Assembly: GCA_964016885.1 (NCBI GenBank) | Contig: OZ024741.1 | Location: 298,406,001 to 298,470,000 of the forward strand | DNA: 64,000 nucleotides | Source: Eledone cirrhosa | Lineage: Eukaryota | Direction of reading: 5' to 3' | Part shown: piece by piece, positions 1-13,544 of the stretch | How the letters are laid out: each line of letters starts with the position of its first letter | Position numbering within the stretch: the first letter of the stretch is position 1 | Notes under the pieces: generated by a model | Told to the model about the DNA's origin: nothing | Database searches by the model: none | The model's input: only the letters and a program-made list of their open reading frames with translations | Translations under genes and position numbers: made by a program

Positions 1-2820
1 GCTGTCCACGAATGTTCATGGTTGACTATTCGGATCACAAGCTGGTGACCGGAGTGGTCAACCTTGATAGAACCCATAGACAAGGACCCGGTTACTGGAA
101 ACTAAACTTGTCATTACCGACGAACAAAGCTTACAGTAAGCGGATTAGCACTCTAGTTAAGCAGCGGTTGACAGGGGCAATTGTCAACAGCAGGTGGTGG
201 AGAAATTAGAATATTATCGATAGGTTTTAGTCAGGAATTAGCATCAGATCGGAATAGAACTCAAAGGGAATTGATAGATAGAGTAGAAGAGGCGATTAGG
301 AGTGGCAACGTGGCCGGCGTGCTGGTGTCAAGGACGGCCTTAGACCAGTTCTTTGACGCGAAGCACGAGGGCTGCGTTGTCAGGAGTAAAATACGTGCTC
401 TGGGTAACGAGGGAGCCAAAGCTGTTAGCTGGGCCCGAGTGACAGAGGCAAAAAGTGGAAACAAGTCCACGATTCTGTCTTTGAAGGATCAGGATGGACG
501 CGTGATCCTTGAACCTGGGCGGATGTGCGCGGCCTTTCAACAGCGCTTTGCACGACTGTTCGGGAGGGGCGGCGGGCCGGGTGAGGTCATGGATTTCGGT
601 CCATACCTCGACGGTCTGGCGCGACTCTCGGACGGGGAGGCGAAGTCCTGCGAAGGCCGATTTCATCCGCTGAAATAGGGGAAGCGCTGAGCCAATGCGG
701 CAAACGCAAATCTCAGGGTCTCGATGGTTTCGATGGTCTACCATACGAACTTTATGTAGCGATGCCGGACTTGTTCTCCGGTCTCCTCGAGGCAGTCTAC
801 TGCAACTGGCAACTGAACGGGAGAATTCCCAGTTCTGTGACCAAGGGCGTAGTCACGCTGGTGAGGAAGGACGAGAACAAGGGGGATGACATAGATAACT
901 TCAGGCCCATAACTCTGCTAAACACAGAGTTAAAGATTTTGGCCAAGGTGTTAGCGAAGAGGTTGTCGCTTGTCGTCGGGAACCTGGTGGGAGAAGCGCA
1001 GACGTGCGCAATCCCGTCCAGGTCCATACACGACAACCTCCACCTCATGCGATACATCGTAGAGAGGGTAGGGAACGAACTCGGCTTTGGTGGGGCCCTG
1101 ATCAACTTGGATCAATCTAAGGCGTTCGATAGGGTCGACCATCGGTACCTGGATGTGGTGCTCGCGGCGGCAGGCTTCGGACCCGTTTTCAGGGGCTGGA
1201 TTGCTGCAATGCACAGCAGCAACACCTGCTCGAGGGTCAAGGTGAACGGCTACCTTTTGGAGCCGTTCCAAATTCCTTACTGGAGGAATACGAAAGGTTT
1301 ACAGGAGCCAAGCTGAACCGGGACAAGTCCGTCGGTTTGCAACTCGGAACGTGGAGGGGCAAACCGATGCCCTCCGACGGCGTCGTCGGATGCTGGACGG
1401 AGGGATCGGTGAAGCTGCTCGGGGTCTGGTTCGGACCGGATCTCCAGGTGGAAAAAAACTGGGACGAGGTAACGGGCAGGGTGTTTGCACTCGCCCAGAA
1501 GTGGGCCGAGTGCAAACTATCTCTGAAAGGTCGAGCGGAGGTGGCGAACACTTATATAGCGTCCGTCATCTACTACCGTTTGACCGTCGTGCCTTGCCCA
1601 GCGAAAATGCTCGCCAAAATGGAGCACGTGCTCTTCCGATTCCTTTGGAAGAAGCGGGCCCCTTTGGTGAGAAGATCCATCTGCTGTCAACACCCTTCGA
1701 ACGGAGGGCTGGGGCTGCCGTGGCTGACGATGTGTAGACACGCATTAAGACTACGGCACCTCCAAGTATTCCTCACCGGTCAGCCGGTGTGGGCCCCGTT
1801 TGTGAGGCGAGCCTTTCCGAGACTCGTCTCACTCACCGAGCTGCAATCCTGGGTCAAGCAAAGACCGAAAAAAGTGGGCGACTGGCACATTGAATGTGCC
1901 CAGGCGCTCACGGCCCTCTGGCAAGCAGATCCGGCAATCAGTGGAGACTCAACCTCAACATTCTATAGAGGGTTGGTGCGCAGCAAGTGCGACGACGCTC
2001 TCGGAGAGGCTCTGGGCATGGAGGAAGACGAGCTAGCCAGTCTGTTCGGTAGGACGTTTGGCCCGGGACCGATGGACAACTTACAAAAGTCCCTGGCTTG
2101 GCAGTGCTACTGAGGTGCTCTACCCGTTCGGGACAAGCTCTACAGACACGGGATCCCGGGTAGTGATCCCTCGAAGAAGATCTGTCCGAGATGCGTGCGT
2201 GACGAGGAAACCGTCGCGCACGCATTCGTACACTGTCCGGGCGTTGCTGACCTGTGGGGCTATGTGGAAAGACTACTGTCGCGGGTGGGACCAATCCGGT
2301 TGACCACCGAGTACATTGTCACGATCAAACCGCCTCCCCCTTTCAAAAACGAAGGAGAGGCGGTTTTCCTCTGTGTGATAGCTATGGCGAAAGAGGTTGT
2401 ATGGTGGACGAGTTTAAACGGGTTGAGGTCAGACACCTTTCTCTCTAGCCAACAACTGGTCCTTTTTTTCAAGTACCACTTTAGAAGAAGGATCAGAATG
2501 GAGAGAGAGGTGCTCTACCCCAGCAAGTTTTATGAAAGTGGCGAGAATGGCCCGAGTAAATGGGCCTTCTCTCTATATCAGCCTGTAGGTGAGAGAGGAA
2601 AAGAAGAGGAGATGAAGGGAGCACCCGCTCTTTGTGCTTCTGAAGAGGAGGGTTGCACATTTTTTTCGGGGGTGTGTGCGACCCACGTCAACGCCCTCTC
2701 TCTATTGAGGACTTTGATTGTTAAATTTGATTTATTATGTTTTTTTACACGTCTTTTGAAATTTATGTACCCCCCCCCCCCTGTATTTGTCCCAATCTTT
2801 GATGCCCTGGTGGCAAATAA
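1..2820 (+). mobile_element. Decayed L1/Tx1-like non-LTR retrotransposon ORF2 (end of APE, RT, C-terminal Cys/His region, 3' UTR)
   Basis: Frameshifted ORFs with SDHK and GYWKLN (APE end), FRPITLLNTELKILAKVLA and LDQSKAFDRVDH (RT), GGLGLP, ETVAHAFVHC; AATAAA near 2816 followed by (CT)n. The QG/YADD segment appears deleted near 1275. Confidence 0.9.
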
Positions 2821-2828
2821 ATAGAAAA

Positions 2829-2831
<3 letters not shown>

Positions 2832-2922
<91 letters not shown>
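2832..2922. repeat. (CT)n then (TA)n microsatellite
   Basis: Direct reading. Confidence 0.95.
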
Positions 2923-2923
<1 letters not shown>

Positions 2924-2927
<4 letters not shown>

Positions 2928-2998
2928 GTGTCCCAAAGAAATGTATACTTATTAATTAGAATGCTGTTGAAGTGTGTATACATTTTTGGGACACCCTT
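2924..2998. mobile_element. Tiny Tc1/mariner-type MITE
   Basis: Imperfect TIRs CAGAGTGTCCCAAAGAAATGTATAC / GTATACATTTTTGGGACACCCTT with TA on both sides. Confidence 0.6.
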
Positions 2999-3051
2999 TA
3001 TATATATATATGTGAATGTGTATGTATATTTATATATATATGTGTGCGTGC

Positions 3052-3083
<32 letters not shown>

Positions 3084-3349
3084 GAAGATAGATAAGGTTT
3101 TGTTCATGTATATTAGGAATGAATGTTTAAACAAGAAAGCTGCTTACCAGAAAGCTTGACTCGACGGTATCTAAGCAGGGGAATAGGGTACATAGGCCCA
3201 GAAGAGATCACGGAGTATATTAGTATAAGCAAGTATTGCACCAAGAAAAATATAAACGTCGGCGTGAAGAGATTAGGAATTTATTTGCTTCAACATATTT
3301 TTCTGTGTCTATTATAATTGTCTACATCTGCTGACTACAATATATATTG

Positions 3350-4010
3350 TTCAATCATATGCAATACTTAATTATTTATTACACTTAAGGCCGGTTATGA
3401 TGAACCACTAAAATTTCTTTCAGATACACCATGCGGGGGAAAATCCAACCACACCAACGGGACACATCTCAAGGATACCATACAATTGCAAATTTAAATA
3501 CCAACGGATCAAAGCCCACAGTGGCAGGACAAATAATAATACTGCAAATAATAAAACACCATGGAGGTCCAAAAATCATACCTATGGTATAATCCCCCGC
3601 ACAACGATCTGGAAACTACTAAGCTATCCTATCTCTTCTTCAAACTTATAGACGAACACTTTCCTCATACACACAAATTCCATAGAATACTAAATAGAGT
3701 CACGATCCGGCTATCCTACTTCACCACAGCTAACCTGGGCAATTTCATCATGAAATTGAATAACAAACGCCTCCGAAAGTACGGCAATACCAACAGCCAA
3801 CAGAAACCCGGACATAATCTGAACCGTCAGCAACATCCGCAGCTTCCAACACTGAGCAGACCAGCAGCCGCAAATATCAACTTCTCTTCCTCTTCACGGG
3901 CATATCCGGAACAACAACAAAATACCCGGAATAACACCCCAACACAGGAACCGGAGAAGAACCACACACTATACACGAACAAACTGCAACTGCAGAAATC
4001 CCAGCAAGTA
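3350..4010 (+). mobile_element. Penelope-like element fragment (RT-endonuclease linker, Naiad-like)
   Basis: ORF 3561-4070 has WYNPP...FFKLIDEHFPHTHKFHRILNRVTIRLSY, homologous to the ORFs at 27930 and 38769; a frameshifted NCNCRN motif lies near 3980. Confidence 0.75.
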
Positions 4011-6095
4011 AGTTTCCAGACTACGAAGGGAAGTGTGGATGATTCACATTTCAGTACTACAGCTGAATGAAACATTACTAAGTCGAAATAATGATCCAGA
4101 TCCGCCACCTGTGAGATTCATTTCTTTTTCTTTGGGATTAAAACCCGAAATTGATTTTAGAGCAAAGTTCTAAATATATACTCACATTTGGAATTTGTTT
4201 TTTAATGGATGGGATTGGGGGCATATGAAAGCACATACAAGATGTTTATGTATAATAATCATACATATGTATCACTACAGGCATTTTAAGCTGCTATAAT
4301 GTTACAAATAAGCAGCAAATTGGCTGAGTCGTTAGAACGTCGGATATAATATTTTGTAGTATTCGTTTCGACTCTCTGCTCTCTCAGTTCAAATCCCACA
4401 TAGTCACCTTTGCCTTTTATCCATTGAAAAATGTACCAGTCTAGTATTGAGGTCGGTTTTTCCTGACCACGGCGAGATTTGAACTCAGAACGTTAGAATG
4501 TCGTAACTAAATACCACTAGAATTTTGGCCAGCACTCTACTGATTCTGCCAATCCACCACTCTACACAATAGAAAGTGCTACTGTTAATGAATTTGTTTT
4601 ATCTGAAACACTGTATATATGGAGTCGGGGGAAGGTGAAATAGTGCTAAAACTGGATGACAAAGTTCAATCAGCTATTGCAACAAAACTTTCAACAGAGA
4701 TTAATTGAGGGAAAGATATATAGTGGAAAAAAAGTGAAAGCGATAATAGGAATACATGAAAGAGAGAGAGAGAGAGAGAGAGAGAAGGAGGAGAAGAAGA
4801 AGAGAATAATATAGAGAAATAGAGAAGGAAGAGGAGGAAGGGAAAAAGAAATCACACCTGTGTCTTATTTTTTTTGTTATTCATTTAGGATACAACAGCG
4901 CAAGGTTTATGTAAATTAAATCAAGGTATGTATTTTTTTGTGTACTAATTCACATTTAATTATCACTCATTTATTATTTCATTCATTTACTTATTCATAT
5001 ATGTAATTAATTCTACAATCCATTAGTATGATCACTTTTTTTATTTTCGTCAGACCTGTCAACTCTCTCCGTCCGACGGAGAGATCTCCCACCCACTTTG
5101 GGGTGGGTGAGTGAAAATGGGTATAGCTTTCATTATATAAAATCTCCCGATTTTGCCTCATTTCTCCCAGTTTTGCGGGACATTTTTTCATGGTACTCCA
5201 CGTTTGGGCTTTTAAAGGTTTGCAGGTCTGTTATGTAAACATATAAACAGACACACTATTCCCTCCTACATGTTTCAGTGTACCCAGCATCGCCGAACAG
5301 TTTAGTGATTCAATTCACAATAATGAAATCCCGGTTTCGATTCCACTACATGGTATATTGGACAAGTTCCATTTACTTAAGCCTGGGGCCCACCTCTGCA
5401 TTTTAAGCGAAATCAGATATACGAAAACAGCTTGGGAACTCGTCGTGGGGATTGAACCTGTAATCCAACGAGCCAGCCATACCACACACTTTGTCACGTT
5501 AAGGGTACAAGCTGCTGTGAAACCCTCAGCCACTGACAAGTTAATTACATGAACATTCTCTTCCGTTGATCAATTAACTAGAGCACTCATCGTCATAAAC
5601 GAAGGAGGTCCAGCGATCAACATTCTTTTAATATTTTATTGGTTTCAGTCATTCGGCTGTGACCATTTGGTAGAAATATCAGAGAGTAGTTCAAATACCT
5701 GAGGTATTCAGTTACGTAGTTTTACATTCTAGAGTTCAAATCTCGTTTTTTAACTTTCAGAGGTCGATAACATGAAGTAACAATCAAGTACTTGGGACAG
5801 ATTTACGGTTTCTACAATGCACACTAGATGTGATAGATGTGAATGGAATTATAGTAAAAGGCTAAGACTAAACATACATTTAATTATATCGACTCTGTTG
5901 TTTGTCACTTAATTTACCGACTTCAGAGGATGAAAGACGAAGGCAGCAAGTATCAATGAATCCCGTGTTATTTCCGGTACATTGTACTATTTAACAGATA
6001 CATAGTCTCCACCTCGGTAAGGGTGTTAATCTATCAAACGCATTGTTTTTGTTTTTACAATGAGAATTGAAATCCGAAATAAAGATGGATATCAT

Positions 6096-6097
<2 letters not shown>

Positions 6098-6126
<29 letters not shown>

Positions 6127-6153
6127 CTTCTTCTTCTTCTTCTTCTTCTTCTT
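6098..6153. repeat. (GTT)n-(CTT)n compound microsatellite
   Basis: Direct reading. Confidence 0.9.
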
Positions 6154-6877
6154 CTAATTATACCTGGGAGGGTCGTGGGGGCAGAGTCCTCAAACACTTC
6201 TTCCAGCGGATCCTGCCAGACGCCACTGTTTCCAACTGATCCAACTGGATCCCCACGCGTGACCAGCCAAGCTCATAGATTACTTATACATTCTAAACGT
6301 ATATTTATCTTTGTTTAAATAAATTTTACTATAAACTATAATTAACACATATATTTTGAAAATAATAATATATGACGAAAATCTTATACTATGATAATTA
6401 TATTCAATACTAGCTGACCTAGTGCCGTAAAAAATGATGGCTAATTTTTTTGTAGATAAACTATCCGAAACTAACATAGATAACCAAGATAATATCTTGG
6501 TGCGCATAAGTATATATTTATACTCACACAAGTATAAATATATTCACACAAATGTACAATAATAATAGCCATGTGTATAGCCAATTCGCTACACAAGTGT
6601 AGCGTGTCTTAGAACGCTGGGCACTTTTTTCTATAGTTTGCCACAACCCTTCTTTCCTCAGTTATCTCCCTTCCAGTGAATGATGGACAAATATATGAAT
6701 AAATAAATATACACACATTCGCTATTATTATGGTTGATACTCTTCGAGTTCTCAATATATAATTTTTCTTATTAAACCTTTCTTGATATATATATGAACA
6801 CATAAACCGAAACCGCTTGGCGCCGCGGTTGGGATTTTTCATATATGTACATACATAGATACATATATAAATATATA

Positions 6878-6946
<69 letters not shown>

Positions 6947-6952
<6 letters not shown>

Positions 6953-8073
6953 ATACTTTGGGAGGGTCATGTTGCCAATAAGAAACACACGCACCAGTTG
7001 CTTTCACTTTAATTTATTATAATAAATTTATAAATTTAGGAATTTATAAATTTCCGGTTGGTTGGTTCCACAACCAGATGATTGTTTATATATTGTCAAA
7101 GTTCTTTCGTCATACATTCTGTGACCTCTTCAGTGACTGGGGATTCTTTTCTTTGTTTTTGTGCCTCTCCTTTGTTCTGTCCTACGCCATCTTGTTTTTG
7201 TGTACGTTGTGTACTTAGTTTGCGCATGTGTTACATCCGGCTGTCTGTGTGTGTTTATATTTGTTTATTTATTTGTTTATTTACATGTTACTGGTTGGTT
7301 GTTTGTTCTATGTGCGTGTGTGTTTTCATTTTGTCCTGCTATATACCTCTGTGATTTGTCTAAACATTGCGTCTTTTCTGTGTGTAGATTCTATTTTTAT
7401 TTCTATGTTCTCTAATTTACCCTTATGTTCTATTTTAGCATGTTGGTAGAGTACAGATGATTCTTTACTATCTTGAAGGTCTCGCCAGTGTTCATTTATC
7501 CGTTCCCCTATACTACGAGCTGTCTCACCTATGTACACTATATTCTTATCTCTACATTGTCCTTCAGTACATATTATGCTATATACTACATTTCTAGTTT
7601 TACAGTTAATCGGGGGCTTAATTTACAGATTATACATTTCTTATCTATACAGGGAGGTCTTTGAAAAGGGTATGTATTGCTAATAAGTGTTTTTATGGAG
7701 ATACCTGGTCTTTCTACTATCTTAATATTGTTTATGTTATGAAAAACAAGATGGCGTAGGACAGAACAAAGGAGAGGCACAAAAACAAAGAAAAGAATCC
7801 CCAGTCACTGAAGAGGTCACAGAATATGTGACGAAAGAACTTTGACAATATATAAACAATCATCTGGTTGTGGAACCAACCAACCAACCAACCAACCAAC
7901 CAACCGGAAATTTATAAATTCCTAAATTTATAAATTTATTATAATAAATTGAAGTGAAAGAAACTGGTGCGTGTGTTTCTTATTGGCAACATGACCCTCC
8001 CAAAGTATAACAATATCAGTTTCAACACACGTTTTCAGATAAAGAATCTTGCTAAACAAATTCAGAAACGAAA
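6947..8073 (-). mobile_element. Truncated Penelope-like element: GIY-YIG remnant between ~260-bp inverted pseudo-LTRs, flanked by (TA)n
   Basis: 6947-7199 is the reverse complement of 7741-8014; internal minus-strand YIGETARSIGERINEH GIY-YIG motif and Cys-rich linker. Confidence 0.85.
7804..7846 (+). ncRNA. Minimal hammerhead ribozyme-like motif in pLTR (mirror copy 7095-7137 on minus)
   Basis: GTCA-CTGAAGA-gGTCACA(gaata)TGTGAC-GAAA-gaac-TT-TGAC; stem III is weak. Confidence 0.55.
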
Positions 8074-8170
8074 TATATATATATATATATATATATAAAC
8101 AAGATTTGATTACGAACTATTAGGAATTTTGAAATTTTAAGACATAGCTGCCACAATGCAGATAATTGAT

Positions 8171-8360
8171 AATTATAATAATTGTTTGTACTTTTTGGCA
8201 CAAGGCCAGCAATTACCCAGTGCATTACTGGTACTTTATTTTATCGACTCCGTAAGGATGAAAAGCAAAGTTAATCTCGGCGGGATTTGATATCAGAATG
8301 GCAAGTGCCGTCAAAGCATGGCGTCCGGCCCTCTACCAATACCTCCAATCCACTAGTTGG
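8171..8360 (-). mobile_element. tRNA-derived SINE (dominant family in this window)
   Basis: Reverse complement of the recurring consensus GAGTTCAAATCCCGCCGAGGTTAACTTTGCCTTTCATCCTTACGGGGTCGATAAAATAAAGTACCAGT, which has a B-box-like GTTCAAATCC. Confidence 0.8.
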
Positions 8361-8511
8361 CAATTATAAATAATAGATGACTAAATCGGGTAAAGTACCG
8401 TAGAGCGGGAAAACGTGGACAAAGACTGAGTCGACACTTATATCCGTTCCAGAGGCACTTTACCTGATTTACTCAAGTACTATCTATAGTTAGCATCTAT
8501 CATTATAGGTA

Positions 8512-9172
8512 CTAGCAGAAAAACCACCCATCGGGTGGTTTTCTGCTAGCATGTGAGGTGTGTATATTGATATTATACGCAGATATATATACATGTAGAT
8601 ATGATACATCAAATGAAATCGTAATTGACAATATATAATACATAGAAATTGAACGAAGACTTCGTTACACTGTCTTATTTAATCAGTAACGTAATCCATG
8701 ATACATTAAAAAAAGACGATATTATATATAAACTGCATTAGGAGAAAATTAGTATGTTGATTTAAGCGATGGCCATCCAGAAGTGTTGACATTTCAGAAA
8801 TATATTTAATCAACAAAATATATTTAATCAACAGCCACGAAATTTAGTAGATAAATTATGTAATATTCATTCATTATTTATTCAAAAGTGAGGGTGGTGG
8901 ATTGGCAGTATCGGTAGAGGGTATAACGCCATGCTTTGCAGCACAGTTGCGTCTCTTTACGGACTGAGTTCAAATTCCGCCGAGGTTAGCTTTGCCTTTC
9001 ATCCTTACGGGGTCGATAAAATAAAGTACCAGTAATGTACTGGGTAATTGCTGGCTTTGTGCCAAAAGTAGAAACAATTATTTATTCCAAGTAATCCAAC
9101 TTATTTTACTAATGGGATAAAAAATTACAAACCGTACGCAGTCTCGCGCTCCTTACTTTATTATAGTTTAGA
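8512..9172 (-). mobile_element. Non-autonomous Helitron containing a SINE (SINE ~8895-9080, +)
   Basis: Minus strand reads A|TCTAAACTATAATAAAG at the 5' end and a hairpin AAAACCACCC-gat-GGGTGGTTTT ...CTAG|T at the 3' end; no TSD; second copy at 23186-23805. Confidence 0.75.
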
Positions 9173-9272
9173 TTGGCATTGTGGCGATATACACACACAC
9201 ACACACATACACATATATATATATATGTGTATATGTGTGTATGTATATATATATATATTAATTTTATTAAAG

Positions 9273-9397
9273 CTAAATAGTGTGTCTTGTCATTCTGGAG
9301 TTTCGCTTGTTTATCACAGGGTCATCAGACAAGATGACTGTCTGATGACCTTATGATTTACAGGCGAAACTCCAGAGTAACAAGACTCGCTATTTAG
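9273..9397. repeat. Imperfect palindrome with a hammerhead-like core on each strand
   Basis: Plus: TGT-CTGATGA-CCT..AGG-cGAAA-CTCcaGAG-TA-ACA (9339-9382); mirrored degenerate copy in the left arm. Confidence 0.6.
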
Positions 9398-9929
9398 ATA
9401 TATACGGACGTGTGTATGTGTACCTAATTGTTTTATTGTTATAAATACTGATATGAAAAGTAAGTGATGATGAACAAAGATTAAAAGTATTTGAAATATG
9501 GTTTTACAAATAAATAGAAAATATAAGGTTTACACCAGTACCTATTTGCTTTATCTATCTCTTCAATTAATTTGTTTAGATGATTTTGTTTAGTACTGGT
9601 AACGTGACAACTCTAAGGAGATAAGATATTCGGGGTAGATTGATCAAAGGTTTTACTGCTGGATAACTTACCATATCACAGACAACAGTGTGTGAAGTCC
9701 AACCAAGATAAATCGTGATATATTTATCAGTCTGTCTCGCCTTTGAATGAAGTTTGAAAAGCAAGAAAATCCTTTGTGCATTGCTCAGTCTAAATACTCT
9801 GTCACCATTTAAAGTTAAATCAGTTCTTCATAGACATACAACCCCAATCTTTGTAGATATGATGCAGGGTCCCATTTCCAAGAATCCCATTTCCCGAGCG
9901 TATCAAAGGTGCTGGAAATAGTTGTTAAT

Positions 9930-11100
9930 ATCTTTTCGAACACCTTGAGTCTTTATCTATCCTTAGTGACCATCCCTGTGGCTTTCAATAAAGATCTACG
10001 TGGAACATGCTCTCATATTTCATTTAGCAGTGGTCTCTCACCCTTAAAATTTCAGTGAAAGCTATGCTTTTTCACTTGAACTAGAAAAGCATTTAACAGG
10101 GTCTGGTATGATAATCACCTAGCTAAACATTTGGATATGAAGTTTTCTGTAAGAATGCAGTATCACACTGTATGATAACTGGGCCGTCTGTGACCCATTC
10201 TCTGGAAACACATTCTAGTGTGGTTCCAGGTTAAATTATGAACTACACTCTTTTCTCCTGTACATTAACAACCTTCTTGCTGTCCCTTTAAATTATGTAG
10301 ATGATACAACTCTTCATTCTTTTTTTAACCTTCCGCACGCAGGCGTCATTCACATGCAACTTAAATTCTTTTCGCCCTACCTTCTTTAATATGGCTATAA
10401 GGATCTAGTTTCATCAGCAAAACGGTACAATATTTGCTCATATCATGATGATAATTTTATATTTCACAGTCTCTAACTTGGACAATTCGCAACTAAATAT
10501 CTTAAAGTCACTAGAATTTCCAGGGCACAATGTCTGATGAACTTTCTCGGCGACATCATAAAGACTAGCTTTCTTTTTCATGACTAGAAAGTACTTCAAC
10601 TATGAGGTAATTTTTACAAACCTTAGGTGGGACACTATGACGTACCTGCCCACACCTGGGACGCTGATGCTAGGAAATACACAAACACTCTTGGCCGCTT
10701 CCGAAAGAAGGTCGTTCAACTGATTTGAAAAGACTCATTTACTAACATACATCAAACTTTTGCCCATAGACCTGCTGCTGTGCCCCATTTGCCCAATTAA
10801 TTGCTATTGCAATAATCTTTACTCCTATTAATACCATTTCTAATCAAGCACCCAACAAATCAGTCTCTTCTCCCCTTTTCATCCTCATTTTCTCTTATCC
10901 TCGACGCTCTTTACTAATCACTTCTGTAACCCATCCTCTCCAGAAACGCAACTCCTTGGAATTCTTGCAGCCAATGTACGTAAGGTATTTGTTTATAGAT
11001 ATTAAAGCTGAATTCAAACCATATTAATCCCAACATTTTCAAATTGCTTGCAAAGGTAATGGGCAAACGCTTTTACTCCTGATTAAACCATAATAAAAGT
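9930..11100 (+). mobile_element. Highly decayed CR1/Jockey-group LINE RT remnant
   Basis: Residual motifs KAFNRVWY (~10087), a GV-QG-like stretch (~10220) and NYVDDTTL (~10292) in the expected order, with no open frame. Confidence 0.5.
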
Positions 11101-12059
11101 GACCTTAGAGATTTCTGGTAACAACCACCGTGGTTATAGATTTAAAGTAAAAGCAGTTTTAGTTTTTGAATAACAGAATATGAAGACATTATAAGTGAGA
11201 GTAGGAGGCAGCACCTTCCATTGACCAATATCTAATCCATGACAAGCATTTCGTTTGGAAATTCTAAAGTTCATGCCATTCCATAATCCTAATGATGATT
11301 TCTAACATTGCACAAGGCCAGACAATTGTACATAGTTAAGAAATTAGCGTAGATTCTATGTTGTTCAGTTTTTATTCAAGATTGTTAGCGGTGTTTATTA
11401 AAATGCCTCAAACCGGGATGAAAACCCCGATGTTAACATCATATTGTTAATAGGTTACCTCTTGTTATATAGTAGTGTCGTCTACCTCTTCTTTTACCTC
11501 CATAACCACTAAGATATAACCAATAGCACTTACAAGGATTGTTTTCCATTGGACTAAAGACGCATACACATATAACCGTGTTAAATAGGGTTAGACATTT
11601 AACCAAACTTCCTACTCTTCCTACTCTTTCTACACTTCATAACCCTTAACAACAACCATAATAATCGCTACGAGGTTGCTCGATCTGTTAGAGATAACAA
11701 CCAAATCCCCCTAAAGTTCCATAACACCATCTTAAAAAAAGAGACGTTTAATAATGCAGTTCCTGGCATGCTGTCTGAATAAAAGATGTAATGCCTTTGA
11801 TTATAGTTCTGCTTGATCAAGTCTGAATGCGTTCAAACCAACAATAACAGTAGAACAATGAAATGTTTTCTAATATAGGCCAATGGTCACACATTGTTTG
11901 TGAGGTATAGTCGATGAAATAGACCCCAGAAGGATGAAAGGCAAGTTAAATCTAGGTGGGGTTTGGACCTACAACGTGAAAGGATTCAATGAAATATTGC
12001 AAGGGAATTTTCCCGATGTTCTTAACGATTCTATCAATTCAACGCTCTAATAAAAATAA

Positions 12060-12420
12060 TTATTTCTACTTTTGGCACAAGGCCAGCAATTACCCAGTGC
12101 ATTACTGGTACTTTATTTTATCGACTCCATAAGGATGAAAGGCCAAGTTAACTTCGGCGGGATTTGAACTCAGAATGGAAAGGGCCGTAACTCTATGCAT
12201 CAAAGCATGGCGTTACGGCCCTTTCCATTCTGATATTAATAACAATAATACCAGTTTGTAATTCAGGCCAAGGCCACCAATTTTGGTGGGAGAGTAAAGG
12301 TGATTAGATAAAATCCCAGCCCTTAACTCGTACTTTATTTAATTGAGCTCGAAAGGACAAAGGATAAAGTTGACCTCGATGGTATTTGAACTCAGAAAGT
12401 GAAATACTGTAACAGATACC
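12060..12420 (-). mobile_element. Two adjacent SINE copies
   Basis: Matches to the SINE consensus. Confidence 0.75.
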
Positions 12421-12909
12421 ATAAAACCATTTTATCGTTTTTGTCAATTCATCGTTCTAATGACAAAAGCAATAGTTTCTTGTATAGACTCTCATGGTTA
12501 CACATGTGGTTGATATAGTCGAATAAACGGATCTAAGTGTAAAGGATTTGAACACAAACGTAAAAGCTATTCATAGATTTTGTTAATTCCACATTTTCAT
12601 AACAATTATACTTTATATTTGAAAATATAATTGCCACGATGCAGATAACTATAATAGTATTTGATAATCATAAATAATGGTTGAATAATGTGGGTAAACG
12701 AAGCATGCATTTCCCGTATCCAACTTTTTCCATCTCTAGAGGTACCTTACCCCATTTATCCGACCTAATTTATGGTTATCAAGTATTATTATAATTACTT
12801 GAGATTATATTTTCAAATTTTCAATTTCCCAATGTTTCGTAAATCAACTAAATCTGTTTACTTATATATTTAAAGATTTATATTATATACTTTTCATTTT
12901 CTTTTTCAG

Positions 12910-13015
12910 ATGAATTTTTGGTGTCTTATTTTCATGACGTGTCTTTATCTGCACAACTTCAAAGATGTACATGCAGAGAGTTTTTGCAAGAAACCCATTT
13001 CTCCAGAAGGAGCTA
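12910..13015 (+). CDS. Host gene coding exon 1 (signal peptide) of a LolA/ependymin-like repeat protein
   Basis: Polypyrimidine tract-CAG|ATG; MNFWCLIFMTCLYLHNFKDVHAESFCKKPISPEGA; GTAAA donor, phase 1, compatible with the next exon. Confidence 0.75.
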
Positions 13016-13544
13016 GTAAACATTTTATATATTTTTCCCCTTTGTTTTATTCATTTTCACTCTGGAATTTACATTAAGGAAATACTTAAGTTATTCAATA
13101 ATTTACTCTGGGTATCACAAAACCAGGACAGAGCTAAACATTAAAACTTGTAAATATTGCTTATTTCTAACAAAGAACATGAGTTAACATATATTTTAAG
13201 TAATAGAGTTGATTGTGTCGCCACATTTATGTATTAGTATCGTAAGTTTGTACAGTATTCCTCACTAATTTATTGTAGTAGGAGTAATGTCTAAATAGGA
13301 CAGAGAAAATGAGAAAGCTCACCATATGCACATGACTGTTTCAGAATTTTGCACTCTTCAGTGTATTTTTGGAGAGTAAAACTGTTATCATTTTATGTTG
13401 AAATGAACAAAAGTTGATTCGGTGGCTCTGAATACCACCGCAGCATATAGATATACACATATATATATATACATATAAGATAACACTGTCTCTAATACGA
13501 AGGCAAATATTTAGTTTGTATGAGATGAAAGAATGGTATTCAAC

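Noticed and set aside
4889-4925. Possible 37-nt 5' UTR exon (TTTAG|...|GTATGT)
   Set aside because: Good splice signals but no independent support; needs transcript data.
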